Source: Trichoplax adhaerens
Taxonomy: Eukaryota > Animalia > Placozoa
Assembly (NCBI RefSeq): GCF_000150275.1
Contig: NW_002060946.1
Location: 4,669,454 to 4,733,453, forward strand
Length of the DNA stretch: 64,000 nucleotides
Reading direction: 5' to 3'
This document shows positions 42,501-58,214 of the stretch, piece after piece. Made by a program: the position numbers and the translations under genes. Position 1 is the stretch's first letter, and every line of letters begins with the position of its first letter. The notes beneath the pieces are model-generated. The model worked only from the letters and a program-made list of their open reading frames with translations. It made no database searches and was not told where the DNA came from.

Positions 42501-45500
42501 ATAATACCGTTACGTAAAAGCAGGATTACCTATATTAATTTATTTTATCATCAAATGAAGATTAATCTTTCTATGTATTAAAATTATTTGTTATAATCAA
42601 TAACAGGTGCTGCAGAATCGGGCAAAAGTACTATCGCTAAACAATTGAAGTAAGTATTGTCCGAGATCATTGTACGTAGATAATCGAATAGAAAGAAAAA
42701 TATCTTAATCGATGATTGATTTATTGCTATATTTAATATTACCGACATCTTTAAACAATGATTTATGATGACGTAGATGTTGAATAAATTTTAATATTCG
42801 TATTAAGGAAAGTCAATAACATCCGGCAGATTAGATAAATTTAAAATTTGTCTTAAATTCCCTAAAGGAGCTAAGAAATAAATTTTATAGTTTTCTAAAT
42901 AAAATCATATAAGAAGCGATGTAATTTTGATCTCTAAAAATATTTATGTCATTCCTCTTACTAATATCCTATCTAGTTAGATAGATAGAAAATAAGTTTA
43001 GATATCGTATAATATGTACTTAAGCCTGCTCTTTCAATTCTTAATTCACAAGTCATCAACCTGATCAACTATAATAATAGTCATTTTGTCATCTTTATTG
43101 ATATCCAATACGTTTAATAATAGAGCATTCATAGCTACCACACTTAATTTAACTTACGGCCCTTATATGAGAGTATATTTTCGTTACTTGAATAACGATT
43201 TTGATATAATTGCTTTCTTTCTATAGTGAAGATCTTGTGTCATTAAATTATTAGAACAACGCAATTGAGATTAGCTGTCGTAATTTTGAAATCTTAAAAT
43301 GAAGAGTTTTTTTGTTCATAATTTAAAAGTAGCTAAAATTATGGAACCTTGCATTTTGGTTAACAATCTTGATTGATTCCTATACCATCTCGACAAATTT
43401 GGAACCATAACAGTTTCAGCTGAACTCATCGTTTCAATTATTCTTTAAGTTGAATAATTTAAAAATTTTCCCTTCTATTTTAGAACGCGATAGTGTTCAA
43501 GTAAAACTTAATCTGATGTGTATAAAATTATCAATATCTATTCAAGATTTAATCTTCTGTTATGCTAGAGACATTCTAGTATCGATAAAATTTTTTTTAA
43601 TTTAACCCTAAGGCATTTACGTATAAGCTTTTCTAGCACTTTTAAAATTATATATATGTATACAGAAATTAATAGCATGTCAAGTGTCCGTGATATCTTG
43701 AATCCTAACTGAATTCATATTTAAAGATATTCCTCATCAAATATCTTCTATGCTAAAATTTAGTACATGAATTATACTCTTAATATAATCATACTATTTA
43801 AAGACTGAAATAATTTTAACTATATTTTTATGTCTAATTTATATCTTGAATCAATTTCTTAGAATTATTCATATGGAAGGTTTTACTAAGAATGATATCG
43901 AGAAAGCCAAACCTATTATTTACAGTAACATTGTTCACACATTTATACAAATTCTGCAAAATATGAGACCGTTGAAACTTGAATTTAATAGTGAACAACG
44001 GCAGGTAAATTATAGGCATAATTAGTTTCTATTTATGAAGAATAACTGTGTTTCCAGATGATGATGGCGATATAAGTTACTATAATGTAACTATTTAATA
44101 CATCTGCTAGAGACTATATGAGCTATCATAATACTAAATAAAATTTACGATGTGATGTACCTAGTACGATTTGATTCAGTTTAAAGGCAGAGACACTGTT
44201 TTACCGCGTTTACTATCTCAGTAATATAGTCAATTGCTGTAGATACTAGATAAAAATTTCAAAACGCCACATTACCATAGTAAAATTTTTAAACAGTCCT
44301 TTGCATTAAATGCATTCTTACTATCATTTTAAAATTCTATTATACAGGCTGATGCCAATCAACTATTTGACATTATTGGCAAAATGAAAGACACTGATCC
44401 CTATCCACCTAGCGTTTTGAAATCTATGAATGCTTTATTAGCAGATGGTGGATTTCAAACTACAATAAAACGTGGACATGAATATCATCTTCATGATTCC
44501 GCTGAATAGTAAGTCTATATTTTAACTGACTCTTAGACCTCGCTATCATTTCCATAGAGGCACGAATTGAAGTATTCGTATAGATTTGCTGAGAGTACTG
44601 CGCTAGCTGATTTAATGCTACTATTCTGTCTTTATTTCATTCATATAAATGTAGCTTAAAGTTTCTCGCATGTGTAAAAGTATTCAAATATTCATATGGC
44701 TTTAACTTGTGTTAATAAATTTAGTAAAGACTGGTTACTGGAAATGTAATTGAAATTATTCCTGGTGTCGATATCAATTTTTTTAGAATGATAGATCATC
44801 TAAACTATTGAATTTCTGGCTATAATGAATATATTTAATTTTTTAACCTGAGATTTATCTAAATTTAGCTTCCTAAAGTCTCTTGATCGTATCGGAAATG
44901 ACAATTATGAGCCTACTGAACAAGATATTCTGCGGTCAAGACTTCGCACAACGGGTGTAAATCAGATTGAGTTCGAGTTTAAGATGCTTAATTTCCAGTA
45001 AGTTCAATCTTTCTTGGCGATATTTTACTCAGTACCCATATTTCGTAAATAAAATGAATTCATAGGCCAGTATCGGGACAAAGAGAAACTATTCGTGAGG
45101 CTAGATGTAGTTTACTGTCAGCTAAAAAAAATTTCAATTTATGTGGCCTTGTTTTATGTCTATTTCGATTGAAGAAAATATGTTGCATACAGTATATAAC
45201 TTTAACGAGTAGAAGTTCTCTATTTCTATAAATATCTCACGGAAGATGAAATCCTGTCAGTATACTCATAATATTGTAAAAGTACGAACAATAGCTGCGG
45301 TACTATCTGTTCAATATTTGAGTCGGGCATACTTGCATGATTACTTTTAATTTTGAATATTTATTCATGATAACTTTGCTACCTGGTGGGGTAATAAATA
45401 GATATAGATGTCGTCATGATAGTACTGCTAATGCCTATGATACAACTCTGAATTAGTTGACTATTTTTGCTCCCAGTCCTAAGAAGCTTTGGTATTTCTT

Positions 45501-46624
45501 TCAAAATTTATATGCCAAATTAATAGAAGACAGAAAAGTGATTACTACCATTAAAATATTGAATTATGTACCCTTATTTAATGTAACCATCGTATTTCTA
45601 TTGTCTCCATAAATACTTGTACAACGATGTTGAAGAAATCTAGAATCATACCCAATAATTTATTTACTATTCATACACCAAAAATATATATTTATAATGG
45701 GGTTATATTTTCGACTGTATTACAGAGAATAAGTAGCGAAATAGGCACTTTAATATTTTATCCTTAATGCTGAACGATCATAATTTATGGGTATATGAGT
45801 GTAGTATATAGTTTTACTGATTCACAATTAAGCTGATTCTTTAACCATTTTCTTGGATACAGAGTGATCGATGTTGGTGGGCAAAGGTCAGAAAGAAGGA
45901 AATGGATTCATGTCTTTGATAGCGTAACTGCTATTATATTTTGTGTCTCGTTAAGCTGTTATGATATGACAGTTTATGAAGATGGAAACACGGTAATTTC
46001 GGATACCGCTGTTAAATTTTTATATTTTATCGCCTTGATAATTAGTTTTCAATTTTTATTATAGTTCCAACAGTTCAGAATTGATTACGCTATATTATCA
46101 GTTTATTGTGCTGAATTTGCATATAGCCTATATTCGGATCAAGATTTAATATGATCCTAGATTGGCTCATTCTAGCTAACTAATGATATTTTTTCCTCGA
46201 TACTACAGAATAGCATGCATGAAAGTCTTAAATTGTTCGATTGGATCGTTAACAACGAGTTCTTTAAAGAAACATCCATCATTCTATTCTTGAATAAGAA
46301 GGACTTATTCGAAGAAAAAATTAAATCTGTTTCACTAACAGTATGTTTTCCGGAATATGACGGTAAGAATATATCTTGCTTATACTTTTACTGCAATATG
46401 AATCTGTTTAACATCCCTTATTTTTTATGCTGTTAGGGACTAAATCGTATGAAGATACAAGTCTATTCATTCAAAAACAATTTATTGACAGAAAACAAAG
46501 CAGCCAAAAAGAAATTTATTGTCATTTAACTTGTGCTACAGATACCCAAAATATATCTGTCGTATTTGACGCTGTGACGGATATTGTCATTTCGAATAAT
46601 TTAAGAAATTGTGGATTACTGTGA
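33555..46624 (+). CDS. Heterotrimeric G protein alpha subunit, divergent Gi/o class (354 aa, 8 exons: 33555-33672, 42607-42649, 43863-44004, 44348-44508, 44869-44997, 45863-45992, 46209-46362, 46437-46624)
   Basis: MGC lipidation N-terminus; KLLLLG|AAESGKST; [11 protein letters not shown]; [12 protein letters not shown]; FLNKKDLF; TCATDT; C-terminal NLRNCGLL (Cys at -4, Gi/o type). Exon sizes 118/43/142/161/129/130/154/188 sum to 1065 nt and follow the Gi/o-family layout. Confidence 0.96.
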
Positions 46625-49239
46625 TGAGAATAAGATGTTATTTATGTTGAAATTTCATGAATGCTACATTAGCCTTATGTCTAATGATAGAAATCAGGCA
46701 ACGAAAGATAGCATGATATTCTTTGATGACGTGGAATGCAAGTTGTTAATTGCTTCTTTTGCTAGCGTAATACATGATCCAATTTTTACCTTCCACGTTG
46801 ATTAGTAAACGAGAGTGAATGTTTTACACTTGAATTGTATTCAGATTAGTAGGGTCGTAGTTAAAGAAAGAAAACACTATCCTAGCATATAGTGCAGAAA
46901 ACATTTATTTTTTCTCACTATCAAAATACAAAGGCAATCTAATTTTAAAAACTAGCAATAACGAAATATGATTTAATCATGATCATCATGGCTTTTATGT
47001 CTTTAACCCAACAACAGTGAAATATCGTTTGATAGATGAATTTTCCTTTGATATTCAACTTCTACGATTTAATAATTTGGTCATGTCAAAAATGACTTGG
47101 TAGCTTATTGATCTATCTGACATAACTCTAACAGTGATTTTCATTTATAATTTTATTATCTTGACAAACTTAATTGTATTAGTATTTATAATCCAGGCTA
47201 ACTATTTAATTTATAATTATTATCATTACTATTAGTTTCGTCTGGATTGAATCATTGTTGTCTAAAATATTTATCATATGGTAGAAAAGTGTTAAATCTG
47301 GCCTAATTAAGAATTAGCTTTATTTAATATTAAAAAAAAACAAAAGTAACTTTTACCGGCTAGGGTGAAAATATATTTATCCATGTTAATTAATTAATTC
47401 ATTCTATAATACCATCTTTTAAGTTATCTACATCGATTATATACCCAAATATCTAACCTAGTCATGATTTGCAACTTTAACGAAATAACGACACTCATAT
47501 GGTATAAAAATTTTTTACTTCATCATTACATTTTTGGACTCCATAATAAAACTACCAACTTATATTTAATTACCGATTTCTTGGCTTTAATAATCTATAT
47601 ATAACATATACATATATCAATCAATTTCATGTATCAGCTGTACTTTAATAGACGATTGAAAAAAAATGCTACTAAAGGTAATCATGTTTTACCCTACAAT
47701 ATATTGGATATAGTATACGAGTATATAGACGATATCTCTTACGCAACACTATCCAGATGAATACTATTTACAAGATGTATCTAGAAGATCATGATCGAGA
47801 CGGCATTTCCTAGTAAGTCCATCTATCCTATTCCATTATTACCGTAACTCTTTTTCAGGAATATAGCAAACTAGTGAAATACGACACACATTGATGATAC
47901 TAAAATTACGTATGCATAAGTTTCAATACAATCACAAAAAGGAAATAAATCCGCGTGATTAAAACTATAAAATTACTGGCCTAATTCCACTTTGGGTAAA
48001 AATACTACTTCGTTAGCTAGATATAATTCTTAAACCCTACTAGATACCTATACTATCATAATAGAATGGACGGATATTGCAGTGTATCTGCTACATCGCA
48101 AATTTCACTCTACTAAATTATATTATAAAACTTTCTAGATCTCAGGTAGATTGTTTATTGGAAAACTTATTCGATTAGCAACAGAAGCATGAACATCTTA
48201 TTACTGACACAGTATGACTAGTAGAATTACGGTAAAGATTTCTTGAGCTGCCTGATAATATAATTCTTAAAGGAATGGAGTTGGAAAGTTACTGCAATTT
48301 TTAGAAATAACTTAATTCACTGTAGTAATGCATTTAAAATGTTGATTTAAACGCCGAAAGTACGAACCTATGGCAGGAATACTTACTGAAATAGGTCTAC
48401 GAGCAATTTATCTACCGATGACTAATGCTGGCTAATTACATCGTGGATTACTTATTATAGCAATAGTAGTAATGGTCGTAAAGGTATAGCTCTACTAATT
48501 AAGATTTACTATATGAGCTGATTGACTCATTTGGTAGAAGAAAACGATCTCTGGCGAGAATACTTGGCACAACCGTTAAAGAGCGATACAGCAATAAGTT
48601 CGTTTCGAACAACGACTGTAATTGCAGATCTTAATAAAATGATTTTCTCGATTGATTACCATTTTCCTTTCTTAAGTAGACAGTGTTGTTTGTCACTCGA
48701 ATTTTATTTTCTAGTAGATTTCGATCCATTGGGCTAGATAACAACACTATTTTTACTAGTAATTCTTTAGTCTTCTAATTGTATTATAGAACAAACAGTA
48801 TACAATACGCAAGGAATTTTAGCATTTATTTAAGGGATTCTAGAGGTTATCCATAGACAACATTTCCATTGGGATATTAGCATACAAGTGGTCACAATTC
48901 TAATGTTCTATTCGCGGAATAGACTTAATAATAATGTAAGTAATGAATATAAGGCTGGCATATACTCTATTCTATGGATACCATCAAATATTTTCTCATC
49001 GACTTGTTATTGTCACTAAAATGTATATTCTCCGATGAATTGGATAATTGCAGTCAGATAGAGTGATTAGCTAATGAATAACCGACTTTCCGTTATTACT
49101 AGAAGAAGAAGAATAGAACCAGTTCCTATTCCCAAAGGGGTAACGAACTATCATTTTAATTTGACTAATGAGGCACTTTTTTAACGTAACTTAGTAACAG
49201 CGGTTGCTGTTGTCGTATATCTTGTCAAAGGTAGGAGAC

Positions 49240-49572
49240 TATAAATGCATAAAGCTTAGGTAAGGTCAGTATTTGGATCAGATCGCAAATTTGCCTCGAA
49301 GAAATAGTCCTTACTGAGAGGTAAGCCTGAAAACAATTTTACTATAATTAATGTTCAATCTTTTCGTTCATATTTCACTTTCTGTAAATCGTTTTATGGC
49401 ACAATCTTTCTCTGGTAATAGCGGTGACAAATATTAGCAATTACAATAACATTGTGATCTATTAGTAATCGCTGAAAAATCTTTATCTGATTTATTAGTA
49501 TTTGTCGTTGACTGAATATGCTATGTCATGGATGCTAAAAGTCTAAATTAATCTCAATTCTCGATAGACAAA
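49240..49572 (+). promoter_or_regulatory. TATA box, Inr and non-coding first exon/5'UTR intron of the secreted precursor gene
   Basis: TATAAA at 49240-49245; TCAGT Inr at 49266-49270 (A is 28 nt downstream); donor AG|GTAAGC at 49321; acceptor AG at 49566-49567, 5 nt before the ATG. Confidence 0.7.
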
Positions 49573-50793
49573 ATGAATATGAAATTGGCTCTACTTGCAT
49601 CATGTGTCTTCTTGCTTGTCTGTGCTTCAGACGAGTTGCAAGGGTATCCGCATGAAATTCAAGAAGACGATTTCGATCTTAAAGAACTAATTGAAGATAG
49701 ATGGGAAGACCGGCTTAAAGAACGCCACCGATATCAAACTAAGGCGGATCAAGAAACTAAAAGAAATGATCAAACGAAAGCTGATCCTCTATCTCGAGCA
49801 AATTACGAAACGAAGGATAACTATCAAACCAAAGCGGAGCCAGAAACCAAAGGAAATTACCAAACTAAAGGTAATTATCAAACTAAAGCGGACCAAGAAA
49901 CCAAAGGAAGTTACCAAACTAAGGGAAACTATCAAACTAAAGCGGATCAAGAAACCAAAGGAAATTACCAAACGAAAGGTAATTACGAAACTAAGGGAAA
50001 CTATCAAACTAAAGCGGACCAAGAAACCAAAGGAAATTTCCAAACTAAGGGAAACTATCAAACTAAAGCGGATCAAGAAACGAAAGGTAATTACGAAACT
50101 AAGGGAAACTATCAAACTAAAGCGGACCAAGAAACCAAAGGAAATTACCAAACTAAAGCGGACCAAGAAACCAAAGGAAATTTCCAAACTAAGGGAAACT
50201 ATCAAACTAAAGCGGATCAAGAAACCAAAGGAAATTACCAAACGAAAGGTAATTACGAAACTAATGGAAACTATCAAACTAAAGCGGATCAAGAAACGAA
50301 AGGTAATTACGAAACTAAGGGAAACTATCAAACTAAAGCGGACCAAGAAACCAAAGGAAATTACCAAACGAAAGCGGACCAAGAAACCAAAGGTAATTAC
50401 CAAACTAAGGGAAATTATCAAACTAAAGCGGACCAAGAAACCAAAGGAAATTACTAAACTAAGGGAAACTATCAAACTAAAGCGGATCAAGAAACGAAAG
50501 GTAATTACGAAACTAAGGGAAACTATCAAACTAAAGCGGACCAAGAAACCAAAGGAAATTACCAAACGAAAGCGGATGCCCCAACGCCAGCAAATTATGA
50601 AACGAAAGGCAATTACCAAACTAAAGAGACTTTTCAAACCAAAGCCCCTGAACTCGCAATGGAATCATCTAATGAAGATTTTGAAATCCACGCTACTGAA
50701 ATTTTGTCTCATGACGATAAAGACGACGACATTGCGAGATTGATAATCGACCATTTAGCTCGAAAGGAGTCCCTGAAGAATACCAATAACAAT

Positions 50794-50826
<33 letters not shown>

Positions 50827-51678
50827 AACAACAATAATAATAACAATTCTAATGGGGTAAGTAGCTTAGTAGATTGTTTTGAACTATTCTCCTGAGTATT
50901 CCACCGGAATATTGTAGTAGTATAGCATTAACCCGTTGAAAGAAAGCATTCTGTTAATTAGCAATTATTATACAACGTTACATTGTGGCCATTACGAATA
51001 GCTAAATGCATTATTTCCCACTAATCTCATTGATTTTAATGATAGTATAGCAATGACCTGTTGAGAAAGTATTCATTAAACTTACAATGTTGCTCTTAGT
51101 TTGTAGCTCACAACAACATAATCACAATCCATCATTATTCGCTTAATATTCCACAACATTGATCGTAGCGTACTGTATCACAGATGATTGGATTGCGTTA
51201 AGACTATTACTGTTCGTTTAAACAGTCGGTTAGTAGAGATAATAGTTCATTAATTTTATATCATTCAACGACATTAGCTTGTTTAAATGCTATCCTAAGC
51301 AAGATTAGGATACGATTTCAATGACATTACCCTTCATTTATATCGGTTAGTGAACTAGGAGGATATTGCTAGACAGATTAGATGACGTGATGTTAAGTAG
51401 CTACTTCAACTAGGACAAATTAGATATAGAATAGACGTTCTTTATGTCAAAACAGCAGTGGTAGAGTTGTATTGATATCAACTGCAATGATTTACTTCGA
51501 TATAGCCCTGAAAAATTGTGGTCTACATTCACTGCCTAAAAATATTTTCATTTTTTTGATCATGTTTGCTTTCTAGTGGTATCGTCGTCGACGTCGTTTG
51601 GCTCGCCGTCGCCGCTGGGGTAGCCGTCGTCGCCATGCCTCTTACTTCAACAATTGTCGCTGCTACTGCAGCAGTTAA
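49573..51678 (+). CDS. Secreted prepropeptide-like protein: signal peptide, hexapeptide repeat array, acidic region, poly-Asn, C-terminal Arg-rich Cys-containing peptide (exons 49573-50856 and 51577-51678; in-frame TAA at 50455-50457)
   Basis: Signal-like MNMKLALLASCVFLLVCAS. The frame continues past the TAA into ORF 50659. Donor GGG|GTAAGT at 50857; pyrimidine-rich acceptor ttctag| at 51576; phase-0 GC-rich last exon WYRRRRRLARRRRWGSRRRHASYFNNCRCYCSS*; AATAAA at 51783. Inter-unit variation is mostly synonymous in this frame. Confidence 0.8.
49726..50643 (+). repeat. Coding minisatellite: 51 x 18-bp units (GNYQTK, ADQETK, GNYETK, GNFQTK and variants)
   Basis: 918 bp = exactly 51 units in register from HRYQTK to ETFQTK; 48 units end in TK. 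Confidence 0.95.
50785..50847 (+). repeat. (AAC/AAT)21 microsatellite encoding poly-Asn
   Basis: 63 nt of AAY codons in the precursor frame. Confidence 0.95.
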
Positions 51679-54600
51679 ACTTGATCGTTATGCAATATAA
51701 AAACTGCTGCGGTCATCCAAAATTACTGTAGACTGCATCACAGCTAGTTAGTAGTTGGGTAAACTTTTATCAAGAATTTGACAATAAAGTTTAAAATAAA
51801 GTCTTTACTAAATCCAATTCCAGGTTCTTATCTAACATATATAATGCCCTAAAAAATTAGCGTTATTGAACGTAAAATTTAAGTTACGCAAGATTGATTT
51901 AGGTAACAAACTTGTGCATTATCAATTACTATGATGTGCTAAGTATAATATGAACCATTTTGCAATTTGGTAGTAAAATATTATACAGCGTAAAAATGAG
52001 ATGAAGTAGTAGAAAAATACGATGAAATAATATCATGAGGTACCAAGGGTAGAAATAGCTTATCATTGTTGAGGGGTAATTTTGTAACGATGTAAGTGAA
52101 GGCATGAACATGTAAATATACTGATATTTCATCAATGGAACTAGAAACGATACGGAAATGACTGAGAATCTGTTGAAAGATTTTATCTTGAAATCAGTCA
52201 TTAAATCTAGTTCGTTATTTTGGCGAAATTAATAATATAAAGCATCTTGATAATGTTGCCATTCCGGTTAGGATTCCAGTAATGATATATGAAAATTAGG
52301 TCGTAGAGTAGCGACAAGCAGGAATTATATTAGAGACAACAGGTTCAATTTAAATGGTTCTAAATGAAGTTATCGTCGATGTAAAGTACTAACACCGTCT
52401 TCTATATTTTAATGGTGACAAATTCATTTATTCTCGATCATAGAGGTGAAACACGGTCTTTTACGTTTATATTCCGCCCATATACAGAGAATACTGGGAA
52501 CTCTGAAATTCTAGTTATCCATGATACTTTTTGTATGGATTATTGATAGGTATAGTTAGGTGATAAAATATCATGTTTAGCTAATTATCCTATCTTGAAA
52601 CCGGAAAATTAGTTGATATGCAATGAAAGGACTACTATCATCCGGATTTTCACTAATAGGAACAGTTGTGCTGTTGACCACGAGAGTTAAATAAAATTAA
52701 AATTTCCATTAAAATATTTACTATAGGTAAATACTCGGATTCGTATCAGTAATAAGAATTCGAATAATGATATGAAGAAAAATTGATTAAACTCGTTGAT
52801 AATGATGAAAATTTGGAGATGTAATAATAGATATCAACAACTGGCTCACAATTGGCCATTTGCAATAGTATAAGGACGATATTATAATTAGTAACTGCCA
52901 AAATTGGGAACACCTTGGCTGTCATCAAAATTTTCAACCACTTTAATCTGATTCTCCAATTCAAGGCTGCAGCTATAATATTATCCGGATAGAGATCTTA
53001 AAAATTGTTTTTCTATCTATGGTTATCCGTATTATATTGATAATCTATACAGTACATAGGTCAAGTGGTTTCATAGGCTATCTTGGCCTATCTACCAGTA
53101 ATGGAGCCGATAAATGAGAGCAAATTAATGGAAATCGATAGATACATCGAAATAAAATTGATACCTATAGCAATTACTACAATCGATACCTGATTACAAT
53201 TATTCACCTAAGGATTGTTTCAACTTTCTAGAACATTACATTATATAGTATTCAGGAATTTCGCTGCACTACCATCTTCAATAAGTTAGATAATTATAAT
53301 CATGCATATAGTGTACTACCTCAAAAGGTTCAACGTGCAGTATTTGCTATCGTAGTTTCATTAATTAGCAAAGACTGAAATTAGTATTATCAGCTTATCT
53401 CGAATTTAATGAAATATAGTATAGTATTTTTAATTGTAAGGGGTAAAGGACAAAGTATAAAGAACTTTTAGAGTGAACGTACATAGATAGAGTTATTTTA
53501 ATTATCATGAATATTTGCTCGTCGTCGTACTTTATAGTATAATTGTATGTAAGACATCACGCAGTCTTTATCGTGCCGATATACCAATAATCGAGCAGAT
53601 GCATAATACCAAGTTGATTAAAATGGCTTTTAAAATCCAGGTAACGGAGATGATAAAGTCAGTACTAGATTGATCTTATGTACCATGCTACGCAAGCATT
53701 CAATTACCATATCCTGACTTTAAGGCCTACATAATTTCAGCAGTACTGCCATCTTCCATGTATTAGATAAGGTCGATATTAATCAATGTCAATAAAAACT
53801 CCTAGTCTGTTAACCATCAATAGCAATAATAAACAATTCAAACATTATTGTCTCCAAATGAAAGTATTAATGTATTGCTAATAGTAATGAGACAGAAATA
53901 CGTTAACGGCATGTAATAAATCATATTTTACTATACAGAGGCCATCAATAATCAAGAATTGACATCATCATTAGCCACCTGCTGATCAATAGACAGTAAA
54001 TAGCTTTTTCCTATGGTGTATTGACTATATCTTATGGCACGCTTATTATTACCATTCAAAGCCATTAATCGTAATATTGCCAATAGAATATGTATTAAAA
54101 GCCATTCTCTTTAATTTCTTTGCTTTATTAGATTAACGTATGTCGCCATATTGAATAACCTTCCTAAATTTGTCTAGCCAAATCTGAAATTAGCCTGCAT
54201 ATGACGATAATAGACTTACGTTATCAACTCTTGTTAATATAAACAGACATCTAATTTTCCTTTAAGAGATTAGCGCCACTATGACGACCAAAATGAGATA
54301 AAGTAGTTATTTTGACAATACAGTCTTTAGTCAACAGTGAGGCAATAGAGAAATAGTAGCCATGACTCCATCAATTCAGAGCCTATAACATATATTGTCA
54401 AAGTAGTCAATGCGTAATTAGAGTTATATTCGTACTTTAAGCAGTCACGTTCCAAACTCAACTACTGACTATCCCACGAAACTTAATTAAGTGACTGGCT
54501 AAGCTAATTTTACATTTCTGTTATTATGCAATGTCATTCAATACAGAAATATTGATTATTTTAGTAATCACATACTTAGGTACCTAACTAGGTTAGACTC

Positions 54601-55062
54601 CTCTTATCAGGCAAAAATATTCTATGCAGGGACATTGATGACTTTAGTAGCCACGGTAGATCACTTATTATCTCATTAGGTTTAAATTTCTAAAAGTAAA
54701 GAAAGTGACAGTAAAGCATTTATTTTGGCTTGGGTTTATTATTGAGTACCTTGTACAAGAATACTGACTACATTCGCTAAAGTTTGATTAGGTGGCTAGC
54801 TAGGCTTAGACTCGATTTCAATTAGTAATTTGTGATAACTAATTTTGTTTTGCTTCATTGGAAAATTAGCACTGAAATTGTACAGTACTCAAATTAAGCA
54901 GCCATAGTACATATGACCTAATTCATGAAGGGACATATTTTCTAATTAGCCTTGAAATGTACAGATTGCAATTTAAAAGTCTTGTTATTTCGAATCAGTA
55001 AGATATCCGCACAAGAATCTTAAAATATCGCAGAAAATTGTAATTTTATTTAGCTGGACAAG

Positions 55063-58214
<3,152 letters not shown>

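Noticed and set aside
49789-50637. 282-aa hydrophobic antisense ORF
   Set aside because: Shadow of the coding minisatellite.
49726-50643. CRISPR-like array
   Set aside because: No unique spacers, eukaryotic context, no cas genes; it is a coding tandem repeat.
49691-50743. 350-aa Lys/Arg-rich ORF overlapping the repeat array (protamine- or histone-like appearance; it bypasses the TAA)
   Set aside because: TTG start, and it is open only because of the 18-bp repeat. Inter-unit variation is synonymous in the signal-peptide frame, not this one.
51929-52980. Short minus-strand ORFs, possible gene remnant
   Set aside because: No coherent exon chain or recognisable motif could be assembled.
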